A stretch of 64,000 nt of DNA from Gonapodya sp. JEL0774 (Eukaryota). Below, one piece after another: positions 62,914-64,000 of the stretch (position 1 is the stretch's first letter; each line of letters opens with the position of its first letter). Where the stretch lies: positions 124,001-188,000 of the forward strand of contig JADIIX010000027.1 in NCBI GenBank assembly GCA_027604505.1, written 5' to 3'. A program made the position numbers and the translations under genes. The notes under the pieces were generated by a model. The model was not told the origin of the DNA. It made no database searches and was given only the letters and a program-made list of their open reading frames with translations.

Positions 62914-64000
62914 ATGCTGGGGGCAACGTCAGCGCTCGCACCGGACATCAGTCGCCCATCAGCAGGCGATGACTCATCGAACTCACTCCAGTCCATCTCA
63001 ACATCCGCTGCCCCACTCGGCACCCAAGAGACCTCCTCCCCACACCACAGAACCCCCCAATCCCTCCCGTCCCTCCCCCTCGAACTCCTCTCCGCAACCC
63101 TCCGCCACCTCTCCCCTCTCGACCTCCTCCGCATCCGCTTCCTCGACCGCACGTTCGACCGTCTGGCCGTCCACGCCTTGCATCGGAAGATCCGCTCGGT
63201 CCAGACGACTGCCCGCGGTGGGAGAGCCCCAGTGGAAGGGGAGCTCGACCGAGGTGGAGAGGATCAAGGTGGTGCAAGTCGGAGTGACGCTGATGCTGAC
63301 TCGGACACCAACTTTGACGACCCGCCCACTCCGAGCCTGCTCCTCCGCCTTCCCGTGCTCTCGTCCGCATCCACGGCAGGCACCGGCAACGGTACAGCCA
63401 ACGACCAGCTCGTGACCAGTGTTCACTTGGAGTACGCCGGGATGGTGGTGGAGGGTGGGCTGCGGTGGAGGAATATGGTTGCAGGTCCATCCGAGGAGGC
63501 CTCATCCATGAGGCCACCACAGCGCCCGCCCGCCGACTCGCCGGCCTGTACCCACCCCTCGCCCTCGTCGTCGCCGTTGTCGTATCTCACACACCTCACC
63601 TCCCTCACCTCCACGCTCGGGACGGCCGTTTCGGAGCTCGGGTGGGAGTACGAGCGAGATCGTGATCGCGATCACGGGCAAGAGCGAGGGCGACTGCAGG
63701 CGGACGAGTTGGTACGAGAGATGGCGCAGATGGGGATGGGCGGGTGCGAACCGGGAGCGAGACCACAAACGCAGTCATGGGAGAACTGGGACGAGGGCAC
63801 GAGCGGTACCGGCACCTCACCCCTACCCAAACACCTCCTTGACCGTAACCGACTAGCTCCCAGTCGTGGTGAGGAACAAGGTGGTGATGAACGGGGCCGG
63901 GATGGCCGTGAGGGAACATGGTTTGTCTTCAAGCCTCGGGGAACCGCCACGGTCGGGCTGTGGATACCTCGGGTAGGTGGTTCCCTGCTTTCACTTCGTG
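62914..64000 (+). CDS. F-box protein (3' truncated by window end)
   Basis: The frame from ATG 62914 is open to the end of the window, so it is absent from the ORF track. It contains SLPSLPLELLSATLRHLSPLDLLRIRFLDRTFDRLA (F-box). Confidence 0.75.
   Translation, partial: MLGATSALAPDISRPSAGDDSSNSLQSISTSAAPLGTQETSSPHHRTPQSLPSLPLELLSATLRHLSPLDLLRIRFLDRTFDRLAVHALHRKIRSVQTTARGGRAPVEGELDRGGEDQGGASRSDADADSDTNFDDPPTPSLLLRLPVLSSASTAGTGNGTANDQLVTSVHLEYAGMVVEGGLRWRNMVAGPSEEASSMRPPQRPPADSPACTHPSPSSSPLSYLTHLTSLTSTLGTAVSELGWEYERDRDRDHGQERGRLQADELVREMAQMGMGGCEPGARPQTQSWENWDEGTSGTGTSPLPKHLLDRNRLAPSRGEEQGGDERGRDGREGTWFVFKPRGTATVGLWIPRVGGSLLSLR

Noticed and set aside
1..64000. CRISPR arrays, rRNA/tRNA genes, transposases, prokaryotic operons
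   Set aside because: None recognisable. The sequence is spliceosomal-intron-rich eukaryotic DNA, and most short ORFs in the track are exon fragments or antisense shadows.

Overview
Intron-rich, gene-dense eukaryotic genomic DNA with short GT-AG introns and about 26 protein-coding genes. No rRNA, tRNA, CRISPR or mobile element was recognisable. Gene content suggests an early-diverging, probably zoosporic, fungus (fungal-type Ftr1, Crh-like GH16, hybrid histidine kinase and an Integrator subunit); this assignment is inference. The standout is at 44327-47560 (-): an 11-exon, 808-aa gene in which a complete two-domain, ceruloplasmin/hephaestin-like multicopper oxidase is inserted into the last extracellular loop of an FTR1 iron permease. 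All T1/T2/T3 copper ligands are present, making it an apparent single-chain ferroxidase-permease. Other unusual architectures include a membrane-anchored 3xGH16(degenerate)+GH18 protein, a secreted Reeler + mucin-like + RlpA/expansin-like protein, a hybrid histidine kinase with a bacterial-type PAS-like sensor, an INTS6 homologue and a stand-alone allophanate-hydrolase C-terminal domain. Several micro-exons hide conserved motifs from the ORF track. An assembly gap and low-quality G/C-rich sequence occur at about 43.4-43.7 kb and 61.1-61.3 kb. All family calls come from motif recognition by eye; no database searches were run.
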